A stretch of DNA of 37,979 nucleotides from Basidiobolus ranarum (GCA_040143965.1 JASJQH010006926.1:1-37979), one strand, 5' to 3'. Numbered from the stretch's first letter, positions 1 to 13,345 are shown. Notes: generated by a model not told the origin, from the sequence alone. Program-made: numbers and translations.

Positions 1-1
1 C

Positions 2-286
2 GGATACACCATTGAACGTTTGATTCACGGAGTCAAGCGTACCTACAACGACATTGATAACTGGGACTTCAGCAAGACTCTTGACTACTTCGGTGGTGTT
101 GCTGGACAAGACAAGATTGGTTTCCAAGGTCGTGCCAGCACTGCTGGTGAATTCGAGCAAGTCTTGAAGAAGGTCGAATCTCACAGTGACAAGATCAATC
201 TTGTTGAATTGATGATGGACTGGTTGGATGCTCCTGAGAACTTGGTCAAGCAAGCTGAGGCTTCTGCTGCTCTTAACCGTTCTTAA
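2..286 (+). CDS. PDC1: Pyruvate decarboxylase, C-terminal end (gene truncated by window edge)
   Basis: Frame from base 2 reads GYTIERLIHG..YNDIDNWDFSK..LVELMMDWLDAPENLVKQAEASAALN, the characteristic end of the TPP-binding domain and C-terminus of fungal PDCs; TAA at 284-286. Confidence 0.92.
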   Translation, partial: GYTIERLIHGVKRTYNDIDNWDFSKTLDYFGGVAGQDKIGFQGRASTAGEFEQVLKKVESHSDKINLVELMMDWLDAPENLVKQAEASAALNRS

Positions 287-644
287 ATTTTGTACTCTCT
301 TTGATATATCGAAATTGGTATTTTTATTTGATATTAGATTCCCGAATTGAATAGAAGTAGGCATTTCTACTTAGAGCCTGTATAATAAATTAGACTTCAA
401 TTAAAAAACATTTGTTATTTTTATGGTTTTTATAACAATTCAAATGCATTTGTGTTCTATCTTCGCTCAGTTGTTGCAAGAACTATTCAATTTCAATGAG
501 TTTTAGTGTTTCGAAATTGACCCTCAAAAAGGAAAATTTATTTAGAAAGCTTGTTACTATCATATCAATGTTAGTTGAAAATTGTGTTGAGCCCCTAATA
601 CGTAAAGGAAATGTACATTTGATCAAGTTGATAGGCAGCTGGGA

Positions 645-1703
645 TTAATGTTTGCACAAGTCGAGTACGATACGACCAGCAATCTTACCATCATGCATAT
701 CTTTATAAACTTGAGGAAGGTCTTCAAGTTGAAGAGTTTTGTAGTAACACTTAACTTTTCCGCGAGCAGCAAAATCGAGTGCCTCGATCAAATCTTGGCG
801 ATTACCAACAATGGAACCACGAATGGTTAAACGTTGGAGAACCAAGTCAAACACTGGGAATGAACCGGTAGCACCGGCGGGAAGCGCAATGCAAGCAACA
901 GTACCCCAACGGCGAGTGTAGTCAACAGCTTGTTGGAAAGGCTTCTCAGCAGGAGACAGAAGTAATACACCGTGAGATCCCCCATTTGTGATTCTCTTGA
1001 CTTCAGCGACTACATCATCCTTCATGAAGTCAATGAAATATTCTGCTCCGAGATCTTGAGTACAAAGTTTTTTTTTGTCATCTCCAGTGTCAACAGCAAT
1101 GACATTCATACCCATGGCCTTGGCATATTGAACAGCTAAATGACCAAGGCCTCCACCAGCACCAACAATAGTGACAAATTGACCAGCACGAACCTCAGTT
1201 TCCTTGAGACCTTTGTAGACAGTGACACCAGCACAGAGGATAGGAGCAGCTTCATTAAGAGGAAGATTGTCGGGAATGCGAGCAACGTGAGAAGCACGGG
1301 CGACACAGTATTCTTGGAAAGTACCATCAACACTATAACCGGAGTTTTGTTGCTGCATACAGACAGTTTCACGACCTTCAATACAATATTCGCAGGTTAA
1401 GCAAGCAGAATGAAGCCAGACAATACCAACACTATCTCCAATTTTGAGGCCCTTAACATTACTACCGAGGGCTACAACTTTACCAGCACCTTCGTGCCCT
1501 CCAACTAAGGGAAGCTTGGTAGGAATAGGCCAGTCACCTTCAGCGGCGTGAAGATCAGTATGGCAAACACCAGTGTACTCGATTTTTACAAGAACATCTT
1601 CAGGGCCTGGCTGAGGAACCGAAATTTCTTTGATTTCAACGGGTTTGTCATGAGATTCGATGACAGCGGCCTTTTGAGTCTTTGGGATTTCTTGAGCAGG
1701 CAT
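645..1703 (-). CDS. ADH1: Zinc-dependent alcohol dehydrogenase (yeast ADH1-type), intronless, 352 aa
   Basis: GVCHTDLH, GGHEGAG, structural Zn motif CLTCEYC..C, APILCAGVTVYK, GAGGGLG nucleotide-binding loop, C-terminal GRIVLD. Confidence 0.97.
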   Translation of the reverse strand: MPAQEIPKTQKAAVIESHDKPVEIKEISVPQPGPEDVLVKIEYTGVCHTDLHAAEGDWPIPTKLPLVGGHEGAGKVVALGSNVKGLKIGDSVGIVWLHSACLTCEYCIEGRETVCMQQQNSGYSVDGTFQEYCVARASHVARIPDNLPLNEAAPILCAGVTVYKGLKETEVRAGQFVTIVGAGGGLGHLAVQYAKAMGMNVIAVDTGDDKKKLCTQDLGAEYFIDFMKDDVVAEVKRITNGGSHGVLLLSPAEKPFQQAVDYTRRWGTVACIALPAGATGSFPVFDLVLQRLTIRGSIVGNRQDLIEALDFAARGKVKCYYKTLQLEDLPQVYKDMHDGKIAGRIVLDLCKH

Positions 1704-1756
1704 GTTGTGTTATGTTATTAAGCTTTGACTTGTTAAATTGTTAGGGTAACCCTTCG

Positions 1757-1764
1757 TATTTATA
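1757..1764 (-). promoter_or_regulatory. TATA box of ADH
   Basis: TATAAATA on the minus strand about 55 nt upstream of the ADH ATG. Confidence 0.55.
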
Positions 1765-3761
1765 CTTAGAATATTGGATTTAGTTCTCACTGATTCCAAT
1801 TTTACCGTATCTTGATTCGGTTCTTTCTCATATCTACGATTTAACCGTATATTGACTTCAGTTCAATCCAAAATATGTGCGTGGGAAACTGTCATTCCTA
1901 AGAATGCTAATGCCTTCTTGATAGCTCACCCAACGAATAACGACAGTCTTAAAAGTAAAATACATAAATGGAAATACAAATCAACTTTTCCAACCTGGTT
2001 GAGTCAAGACTAGTTATAAATTCTTGTATCACCTTGCCACGATTTGAGCTACTTCAGTCTAGATTGCAATAGAACTTTATGGTGACGTTGAAAGTGAACT
2101 TCCTCCAACTTTCCTATAACCAGGGTTGTACGTATTGCTTGAGGGGATATTTTTCAATCCTAGAGCATAATAAATATAGGTGCACTTGGGTCCAGAACTA
2201 TTTCTCAAATAAATGATCATGCACTTCTAGTTGAACTTCGCCAACTACCTAAAATGAAGAGTCAAAAAAAGGATTACAATATACAACTAATGTTTTAATC
2301 AGCTTCTTAGAATGCCTTTTCAGTTAGAGAATAGGGAAGGTTCCATAGGATTCTTTATTGGTAATTCTGTTGACCCCGGCAGCGACATATCATCAGTATT
2401 AGGGTTGGTTTTGTCACCAGTATGAATCACCATATTAGCACTTGTAACGTAGCCTGCACACAATGAACAACAAAGTGGCTGAGACCTGAGTTAGCATCAT
2501 CTATGATGACGAATTAGGTGGTATGAGCCTCCAGTTCCTCACGTCCTTACTGATAGTGACACCAAAGTACATAATGGGGCGGCTTCACTAACACCAAATA
2601 TACCGAGAACCACTTGCACACTACTCTTGGAGACTGTTACCAATGCATAGGTCAACCCATTTTAAAGCTTATCATTTAGATATAATTTGACAACTCGCAG
2701 ATTGATACGAGACCAGTGATATCTCAGACCTCCAATATCAGCCACTTTTCTAACCACTGGTTTACTTAACTTTGGCAATATGCAAATCCGTATGTACTGG
2801 AGATCAGAGATTGAGTGTTACCAAGCCATTCCTTTGATTTGAGGTATAATATAATCATCAACCCTTTATGATGCTAATTTGTACTTATATATACTTTCGT
2901 TTATGCCTAAAAACCTGCCCACACCTCTATCTTTCAGTAGGTAAGTCACAAGTGAGTTCTGAGTAGAGACCTAGGAGCTGAGTGAATAGCACACTACTCA
3001 ATTAGGGACAAAAGCAACATTTTCCACTAGCCTCTGGCCCTGATGGTATCTAGAGTTCTTTTCTGCATTTCTAGATCACTTTCTTACAATTATAAGGTAC
3101 AGTAATGATATTGAACTTGTTCCTAAGCTAAGTCTTATAAACCAAAAACCCAACACATGGAGTTTGAAACTATGCATGAAATATAGTATTTTTACTCTGC
3201 GCCACTATCATCAGCAATTAACTATCATATTACTAATAGAAAATATAGCTTTACTTTGTTCTTGGTTGATTAATGTTTGTATTTTACATTTCTGACTGGC
3301 TAAATCATGAACATTTAGGAGCTGATTCATAGATGTCATGTGGTAATTTAATATTGTCCAAGGACAAATAGATATCACTATACAACAAACATGCGATAAA
3401 AATGATCAAACTATATGCATCTGGTAACCGGGATTTGGATTTGAATGGAAATGTTTGCCGATCGTTGATGTCATGAGTGGTCACAGTTCGGCCCTACTTC
3501 GGCTTATGCTCTGCCAAGCAGTTCAGCCGATTTGAAATGGTCATATTGTCCAAATCAAAATCTTTGACCTTGGAGTCGCTTTTATCATTTCAATTTAATT
3601 GACAAACCCATTTCTTCTTGTCCTTGTTACTATTAATCATCTATACTTAAATCTCTTCAAAAGAATTTTTCCAGTTCCACAATCAAATAACAACTGGAAT
3701 ATCACCTACTTTTTAACATCGTCTCATTCTTTACAACTTGAGTATAAACTAAAACTTAGAA

Positions 3762-5007
3762 ATGGGAGACCGTGAGGCCAAAGAGCTACTGGCTAAAGCT
3801 GAAAAGAAAGCTAACTACAATGGATGGTTTGGTGGAAAAAAGTATGATGAAGCTGCTGAATTATATGTGAGTGCTGCTAACAGTCTTAAACTCGCTAAAA
3901 AATGTAAGATTATCTCCATTATCTTTATTTAACCTAAACTCTTGCTGTGGTATTGTTCAACTTTTCAGAGTCAGTTTTTTACAGTTTAATTTTGTTAATT
4001 TAAAGGGAAGGAAGCTGGCGATGCTTTTATGAAGGCTGCCGATATGCAAATTCGTGCCGAAGAGCGAGATGAGGCTTCTTCTACTTTCATCAGTGCTTCT
4101 AAATGTTACAAAAAAAGCAATCCTGAAGGTAATTTAGAATAACATTAGTGGAAATTCCCTTCTTTTCAACCGATATTTGTATAACCTAACAATGTTACCA
4201 ACTCACTGAAATTTCAATAGATGCTATCAACTCTCTTAAAATGGCCATTGAGATTTTGACTGAACGCGGACGTTTCCACGCAGCTGCTGGTCATCAGAAA
4301 GATATCGCTCAAATTTACGAATCAGATTTGATTGATATTGAGAGGGCAATGAACAGCTATGAACTAGCAGCCGATTGGTACAGTGGAGAAGAAGCTACTG
4401 CGTTAGTATACGATAGGTTTTTCTATTTGCGGCACTATGTCTGAAAACTAACATATCTAACGATAGTATGGCCAACAACTGTTATCTTAAAGTCGCTGCT
4501 TTTGCTGCTCAATTAGAACAATATGACAAAGCTATCGAGAAATTTGAGCAAGTCGCAAATGCCAGTATGGATAACAATCTCACTAAATGGTCTCTTAAAG
4601 AATACTTTCTCAAGGCTGGCCTATGTCATATTGCCACAAATGTATGGATATTCTCTTCCTGTGATCGTCCCCAGTGCCATCTCTAACTTTTGTTTTGGAT
4701 TGCTTTAGGATATTGTTGGAGCTCAACGTGCTCTTGAACGGTATCAGGATATGGATGTGACATTCTCCTCTACCAGAGAATACAAATTTCTTCAGGTTTG
4801 TGGTGATATTTCTTGTACAAATGTTGCTTGACACCAGAATTAACACAAGCTTATCAGAGCATCATGGAAGCCATTGACTCTGGTGATCTAGAAGCCTTTA
4901 CCAACCAAGTATTCGAATTTGATCAGCTCACCAAACTCGATAACTGGAAAACCACTATGTTACTTCGTATCAAGAAGTCTATCAACGAAGAGCCTACGCT
5001 CACCTAA
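3762..5007 (+). CDS. SEC17: Alpha-SNAP (soluble NSF attachment protein), 6 exons
   Basis: Exons 3762-3903, 4006-4128, 4221-4401, 4467-4641, 4709-4795, 4858-5007 (all GT-AG) give [65 protein letters not shown]. Confidence 0.96.
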
Positions 5008-5518
5008 TCATCTGATTATGTACTTGGTTTTCCATTTTCTCTATACACTTCCTAACATTTATGACTCTCCTCCTATTCCTTACTCTTCCAAAATGACAAT
5101 TCTCTTGGTTCTGTTTAGGAGTTTTATATATTGGAACTTTAATAAAGTACACGAATTGCCATCTCACATGAATTCATATTTATCCAACTTCATTTCAGCG
5201 GGGATATCCAAAATCATCGTATTCTTGGAAATATCAGATATACATCCCATACGTGGTAAAATTTATATTGATTCAACCATGCTCAGTGAAATCTTGGTAC
5301 AGAAATAGAAAATTTTTGATTTCCTAATATTGTGTTCTACAAACCAACTGGTTTATTAAAGTTCACTAAATAACCTTGACATATCTTCTTTTGCCCTGTT
5401 CTAACAGAACTTGAACCATCCAAATTTTTGGTTTTAGGGCAAAAGAAATACATAGAAATAGATAAATTTGCAAATATATTTGTAAACTGAATACGGTAAA
5501 GTAAATTTCCAACTGAAA

Positions 5519-6568
5519 ATGGCCTTTTTTACTGCTAGTTTGGCTTTTAGAGCCTTAAAGCCTAGTATTCAAAACCCCTTCCTTACCAGAGGAATTTCTC
5601 CTCGTATTGTCTCTGCAATTGCTCCAATTAGCCGGCATGAAATGCAAAATCCCCTTACCATAGTTCACCAAAGAGGGTTTGCGGTTGTTCGTAAGGATGG
5701 ACAGTTTAAAACTTGGAAACCCATTACTCCAGGTTTACGTTTCAAGAGAATGGTTTTAAGAGACCATCTTTGGAAAGGACGTCCTATTCGTAAACTTACT
5801 ATTGCTAAACGTAAGAAGGGAGGTAGAAATAACACCGGAAGAATTACAGTCCGTCACCGTGGTGGTGGTCATAAGAGACGTATTCGTATTCTCGATTGGC
5901 TACGTACCAAACCTGGAGTTCATGAAGTAGTTCGTCTTGAATATGATCCTGGACGTACTGCACATATCGCTTTACTCAAGAACCTTAAAAATGAGGAACT
6001 TTCTTATATTGTTGCTCCAGATAAGGTTCAACCGGGGGATATTGTTCAATCTTATCGTAAATTACCAACTCCTGATAAAACACAACATGATGATATTACA
6101 CAAACTGTCTCCATTGAACGCGGAAATTGTATGCCGTTAAAGATGATACCAGTTGGCTCCCTCATTCATTGTATTGGTCTGATCCCCGGAGGACCAGGTA
6201 TTATGTGCCGTGCTGCAGGTACCTACGGTCAATTGATGGCTACTGGTCAAAGTGGCTATGCACAAGTTCGTTTATCGTCTGGTGAGGTACGTCGTATTCA
6301 TGTGGATTGTATCGCCACTATCGGTGTAGTCTCCAATCCCAATCATCAACATCAGATTCTTGGTAAAGCTGGTGCCAGACGTTGGAGAGGCTGGAGACCT
6401 ACAGTTCGTGGTATGGCCATGAACCCTTGTGATCATCCACATGGTGGTGGTCGTGGTAAATCCAAGGGTAATCGTCACCCCGTATCACCTTGGGGTAAGC
6501 CAGCCAAGGGTGGAAAGACCAGAACTAAACCTAACAAATATGTTATTAAGCCTAGAGAAAGACGTTAA
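5519..6568 (+). CDS. RML2: Mitochondrial ribosomal protein uL2m, intronless
   Basis: Basic/hydroxylated N-terminal presequence; KPITPGLR, GGRNNTGRITVRHRGGGHKR, EYDPGRTAHIAL, RGMAMNPCDHPHGGG bacterial-type L2 motifs. Confidence 0.96.
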   Translation: MAFFTASLAFRALKPSIQNPFLTRGISPRIVSAIAPISRHEMQNPLTIVHQRGFAVVRKDGQFKTWKPITPGLRFKRMVLRDHLWKGRPIRKLTIAKRKKGGRNNTGRITVRHRGGGHKRRIRILDWLRTKPGVHEVVRLEYDPGRTAHIALLKNLKNEELSYIVAPDKVQPGDIVQSYRKLPTPDKTQHDDITQTVSIERGNCMPLKMIPVGSLIHCIGLIPGGPGIMCRAAGTYGQLMATGQSGYAQVRLSSGEVRRIHVDCIATIGVVSNPNHQHQILGKAGARRWRGWRPTVRGMAMNPCDHPHGGGRGKSKGNRHPVSPWGKPAKGGKTRTKPNKYVIKPRERR

Positions 6569-6839
6569 ACTCGTAAGTAGTTCATCGATTGTTAACTTTC
6601 ACCAGTAGTATTTATACATCATTGCATCATATCATTAAGCTCTACAACCTTTGCATTATCCCCCCCCCATTTGTCACCATTTCAAAAGAATATGAATTCT
6701 TTATTTCTCTCTTATAACATATGTAATATGAATTAACAATAAAACTAAGGAAGAGCAATGCAAATGTTCCAGTTCTAATTAGAATTGATTCCTTGAATTT
6801 AATCGATAACCCTGCCTTCCCATAAATCCCCATGTTCGA

Positions 6840-7478
6840 TTAATCTCCACTGGCACAACCACGACATCCACAATGTATACATTCTACGACACGGCCCTCT
6901 TCAAGTTTATCTTTAGGAACGCGACAAATACACGTGGTACCAAAGTTTGTATCTCGTGGTTGAACACAACGTAAACAGCAAAGTTTCTCGTAACCAGCCT
7001 ATATCAATGCAAGAAAAATCATATCAGTAACTTCACTGAATATGTATAAGTTGACATAAAATCCCAAACCTTTTTCCATTTAGCAATTAAGTTCCCGTCA
7101 GCAAAACCTCGCTTCAAACAATAGTCATATAACTCGCGTGAAATATTTTTCTCCCTATATTGGTCATAAATGAACCTTGAACGTTGATGATGTAAACGAA
7201 AGATCGCCCATAACGATTCGGATTTACGTTTTCCTTCGTGTGGTTCGTTTTCAGCTTAATAAAAATAGAAAACGGTTAGAATTGAATGTATACTATACCA
7301 TTTATACTTAATATAACTCGTGTCTAAATCTTTGAAAATCGGGATAAAATATTCCTTTGGGAAAGTTAAACGTTCCCTTACCATCTCTCATTTTTTGTGC
7401 GAATTCTTCGAGAACTGATTCCAGTTTATCCCACCCTTGAGGTGGTTTCTTGGTTCTATTAGTCACTAACTTTGGCAT
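6840..7478 (-). CDS. BUD31: Bud31/G10 splicing factor, 3 exons (absent from ORF track)
   Basis: Manual splicing gives [90 protein letters not shown]. Confidence 0.96.
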
Positions 7479-7726
7479 GACGTGATCTATTCGGTGAGAT
7501 AAGGTATGTATAGAAAGTTGGAGGTTATGAAGTATGAGGTGAACTGACTAGGATATTATTTGTTGAGAAATAAGAGATAATTAGTTACTAATTGAAATTG
7601 AAATATGGCCTTACTATACTAACCAAATAATTCTACTTGATATGATTTTTGATTAGTAAATTGAAAAAAAGTGCTAAACTAACTAACGGGAAAAAAAAAA
7701 TGGGAATGTGAAGTAGAATTTTTGTA

Positions 7727-7734
7727 TGACGTCA
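7727..7734. promoter_or_regulatory. CRE palindrome in the BUD31/RVB1 divergent promoter
   Basis: TGACGTCA near the middle of the 442-bp head-to-head intergenic region; motif match only. Confidence 0.3.
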
Positions 7735-7887
7735 ACCAAAAGAATATGAAAATAATGACTTTCTGATTTCCAAGAAAAAAAGGAAAAAAAGAATACAAAG
7801 TGGAAAAGCAGTGAATATGTCACGAAAATTCTAAACTGATTTGGTTTTATTCATTGTTATCGAACACCTCTTGTTTAGTTTCAATAA

Positions 7888-9291
<1,404 letters not shown>

Positions 9292-9626
9292 ATCATATTT
9301 GTAGATTTCCAAGAATATGAGCATTCAATGGGATCTAAGAATCTCGCACAACGAAGACCACGTATAGTTACCTCACACCATAATATGTTTAGAAAATCAG
9401 GCTTATTTGTGATTACCATGTATTAACGGTTCTTTTCCCTTCCCAATTGTATAAATCCAATAAAACAATGAACACTGGGTCCGAAACTGGACTAGCAATC
9501 CGTTTTAACTTGAAGCATGCCTCTGATAAAGTAACCGATTGTGTCGCAGCTTGATTCCTCGACTCTGATCGTTGTAGAACTCTGTGAATTATTCGGTATC
9601 CGCTCTCAGGAACACCTTGTACCACA

Positions 9627-9664
9627 GGGTAAACAATTGAAGACAATTGAGGGTAAACAATTGA
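9627..9664 (+). promoter_or_regulatory. Duplicated forkhead-type sites upstream of cyclin B
   Basis: GGGTAAACAATTGA at 9627-9640 and 9651-9664; a third GTAAACAAA at 10067-10075. Matches the forkhead consensus GTAAAYAA. Confidence 0.45.
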
Positions 9665-10427
9665 AATGATGTGGGCAAGATATCATATGGTGAGAGCAAC
9701 TTGAGTGTGATACGACGCATGCAGAGATGAATAATAACAATATCATTGGAATATTTTGAAGTGTTAATAGTCCCATTTAACAGTCATTTTGGGGTGTTTT
9801 GATCAGAACATCAGGTGAACTACGCCATGACTAGCCCTCCATCCTACTAACAACAAGTAGTCACTTAATGAGTTCCTTAAACAGCGTTTCTATGGTGATG
9901 ACAGTAGTAATATACAATAGCAGACAATACAGTAGATTAAAACAACCATCATCTACCTCATTTATAGCATCGATGAAGCTATTTTGTGGACAAGAAGCTA
10001 TACATGGATAAGACTGGATTAATGATTAAATTGATTCGGTGCTCGATCATTGGTGGAGAGCGGAAGGTAAACAAACCCAACCAACTCCAGCTCGATTTCA
10101 TGGGTGAATTACCCTTGAATTGGAAATTAGTTGGGAAAGTCAAAACAATAGACCGTCATCTCGAAATCCACCTAGGATTTAACAGATGTGATACTAAAGC
10201 AAAACAACGAAGAAGTCGAGGGTACAGCCAATCAATCCGTTCGATTCGCTTAACCCCTACACTCAAGTCCTTTGTATAAAATATCCGGAAGGGTTCAGAT
10301 TTCCTCATTGTGCTGACTATCATTCATCAATTCCACACTCCAACGTAGTGACCCTATTGCCACCTTGTCCTGACCCGCCTACACTGGTCACCATTCACTA
10401 CAGTACTAACTTTTATTTGTTTTAGAA

Positions 10428-11794
10428 ATGTTCGCTCAGGTAATCATCGACTATATAAATATTTCCCTAAAGCCCTTCTTTAATAATTGTTTCGAACAAA
10501 TTAGACCCGTGCCTCCATGAACCTTAGAAGGACCACTACCGATGAAAACAGTGTCGGAGTGGGAAAACCACTTCTATCCAAAAATGCTACCAAACTCCAA
10601 GCTATCAAAAGTAATTCCACAAACCCTACTGGACTCAAAACCAAACTAGTGAATAAGGGTGGAGTTGCCAGAAAAAGATCTGCCCTTGGTGATGTTAGTA
10701 ACGTTTTGGCACCCCAAGCACAAAATGCCGGTTTAAAAAAGAAATCCACTTTGGTAGCTCGTAAAGCAACCGAAACCAAACCCGCATCAACCTTGATTCC
10801 CAAGAAGCGTGCTTCACAAACAGTGGAAGTTACCATTCCTACTGGAGAAAATCCCCTCAAAAAGGTTGCTGGCGACCACAAAATGATTATGGAAGAATTT
10901 CTGGAATGCTCTCCCATGGCCATCGATGAACCAATGGCAGAACAGATGGAGGAGGAGCAGGGTATGCTTGCTCAAGACTGGGATGATTTGGATGCTGAAG
11001 ATGAATTCGATCCATTAATGGTTTCCGAATACGTGGTCGAAATTTTCGAATATTTAAGGGAGCTCGAACCCCAGTATCAACCCAACCATAACTACATGGA
11101 TAATCAAAAGGGTCTCGCTTGGAAAATGCGTTCCATCTTGGTTGATTGGCTTGTAGAGGTTCACGACAAATTCCGTCTACTTCCCGAGACTTTGTTCTTC
11201 GCAATTAATATTATTGATCGATTCCTCTCTCAACGTGTGGTTTCATTAGTTAAACTTCAATTAGTCGGAATCACCTCAATGTTGATCGCAGCCAAAGTTG
11301 AAGAAATTATGTGCCCATCCATTGAGAACTTCATCTATATGGCTGATGGGGGGTACACCGAAGAGGAGGTCAAGAAGGCCGAAAGATATATTTTGCAAGT
11401 CTTGGAATGGAACATGAGTTACCCCAATCCCTTGAATTTCTTACGCCGCATATCCAAGGCTGATGACTATGATGTTCAAACTAGAACCATTGCGAAGTAC
11501 TTGATGGAAGTTGCACTGATTGATCATCGTTTCCTTGAATATCCTCCTTCTCAAATCTCAGCCGCCGGTCTTTTCCTTGCTCGTCATATGCTCAATCGTG
11601 GTGAATGGAATGCCAATCTCGTTCATTATTCAGGCTATACCCAGGAGCAAATTATGCCAGTAGTTGAGATCTTGATGGATAATCTATCGAAGCCCATGAA
11701 ATACGAGGCGATTTTCAAGAAATATGCTGGAAAGAAGTTCATGAGAATTAGCTTAACCGTCAAGGATTGGATATCCAAGAATGTATCTTATTAA
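10428..11794 (+). CDS. G2/M B-type cyclin (Cdc13/Clb2-like)
   Basis: 12-nt first exon ATGTTCGCTCAG (10428-10439), intron 10440-10504, in frame with ORF 10517-11794. D-box RSALGDVSN, DPLMVSEYV, cyclin box MRSILVDWLVEVH..LQLVG, NPLNFLRRISKAD. Confidence 0.95.
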
Positions 11795-12258
11795 TAATTT
11801 GCATAGCTCCTTTTCAAATTGTCAACAATCCAGATACATTAATCCAGTTACATTATTAGACCTCATTAATGTTCTAAATATCCGATGTTGCCATCTGTGT
11901 ACATAGTTTTGTCCTTCCCCGATTTTCAAAGAGAATTTCTTGAATATATATTATAGTATTATCACTCATTTCTTTGCTCGCTTTCATTACTGGATTTTAT
12001 GTATCGCGTTCCACTGAATTTTATCATTCCACTACTGGACTTGTTCTAAATAAATCCAAATTTCTTTACTCTATTTTGGTCACACGCATGATTGGTTTGC
12101 AACATTTGATAGGATCGAAATTACATTTACTGTACCTAACTCACATGAATAAGGAATAGGACCCGAATTGGCTTCATCCAGCACTGCAATTATCACCCAC
12201 ATAGTTATTATGGAAACTCGTGCTCAAATGAGATTAAAATTAAATTTTATTGTAAATA

Positions 12259-13345
12259 TTACTGTGCGATAAATGGGCACTTGGCACCAGAAGAAGCTTG
12301 TTCTCCTTCCTCAGGTTTTCTATTCTTTGCAAGTTGTTTCATCAGAATGCTGGCATCGTAGAAAGTTTCGAGCTAATAATAGATCAAGTTTGTATAAGTA
12401 TCAATGTGTATATCGACCACATGCAGTTGATGTTCTTACCTGTTCAATCTGAAACTTATCATTCACTCTGGCTACAGTAACACCAATGGACTCAACAACT
12501 TCATTGGAAGCTGGTGCCTCGAGCTTCTTACCATTTCCAACCTTGACCGAGAGGTCTCCGGTCATCAAACCCCAATGGCTAGAGAAAGAAATTGATAGTG
12601 AGCAAAGGTCATCTATCGAATCCAAATCATCAAACTTACCGCCACTTGAAGGCAACAACAGGTGGTCCACTGTAGACCTCCAAGACTTCCCAAGAGAACG
12701 TGCGAAGGGCACGTTTGAAGAGCTTGTGTGATTCGCTGAAGTCCATTTCACTAGCCTTGTACAGCTCAGAATCACCAATGAGAGCATTGTAAGTACCAAC
12801 CTAAGAGCAAGTTCTGATTAAATTGAGGGCAATAATGTTACTATCATTACAATTTACCTGGAGCATCTCATCAATATTTTGCCATTTCAAACCGTTAACT
12901 GAGAAACGATATTTCTCATGATCAATGGTACGGATTTGATCGCCACGGAGTTTATAAGACATCTCCTTCTCCCAGTTCTAATGAAAATAAATGTCAATCT
13001 CTTTTCCTCGTTACTATCATCGCAGAGATATACATACCTTGACGAGGTTGGAAACAAGCCATTCAAGGGAGCCCTCGGCATGGTTGGTAGTTTTCTCTGT
13101 TGCCAACAAATAAAAGTTGTTAGAAATCTTTGGTTGAAATTCAATAGTTAAAGTCCAGTTCTTCTTACCAGCTTCAAAAGCTTCGTTTACTTTAGTGTAG
13201 TCGGGAACGCGTTTGTAACGCCACTAATACAGATAAAAGGTTAATTACAACAGTCAATGGATCCTTGAGACATTAATTTTACCTCGTGCTCAGTATCGTT
13301 GAGCACAGCGTTGGGGTTGGTCATGAAATCAGGGAGATTTGCCAT
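12259..13345 (-). CDS. Pathogen-related protein family (plant/fungal, probable SnoaL/NTF2-like fold), 7 exons
   Basis: Manual splicing: MANLPDFMTNPNAVLND..WRYKRVPDYTKVN..HAEGSLEWLVSNLVKNWEKEMSYK..VGTYNALI..FSWEVLEVYSGPPVVAFKWRHWG..LETFYD..AKCPFIAQ*. TATAAATA at 13412-13419. Confidence 0.88.

Noticed and set aside
645-660. ADH C-terminus CKH or stop read-through as a cryptic PTS1
   Set aside because: CKH lacks the terminal Leu/Met; the stop is TAA TCC and the extension does not end in a PTS1.
648-1400. Antisense and alternate-frame ORFs over ADH (likewise over RVB1, cyclin B, CCT2, RPE1, SCP2)
   Set aside because: Codon-bias shadows of strongly conserved genes; no recognisable motifs.
2471-2495. 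GGCTGAGA as a TPP riboswitch core near PDC/ADH
   Set aside because: The remaining conserved TPP aptamer elements are absent.
2501-2556. Box C/D snoRNA-like ATGATGA...CTGA with a 3-bp terminal stem
   Set aside because: Only about 55 nt, no clear C'/D' boxes and no rRNA complementarity I could recognise; snoscan would settle it.
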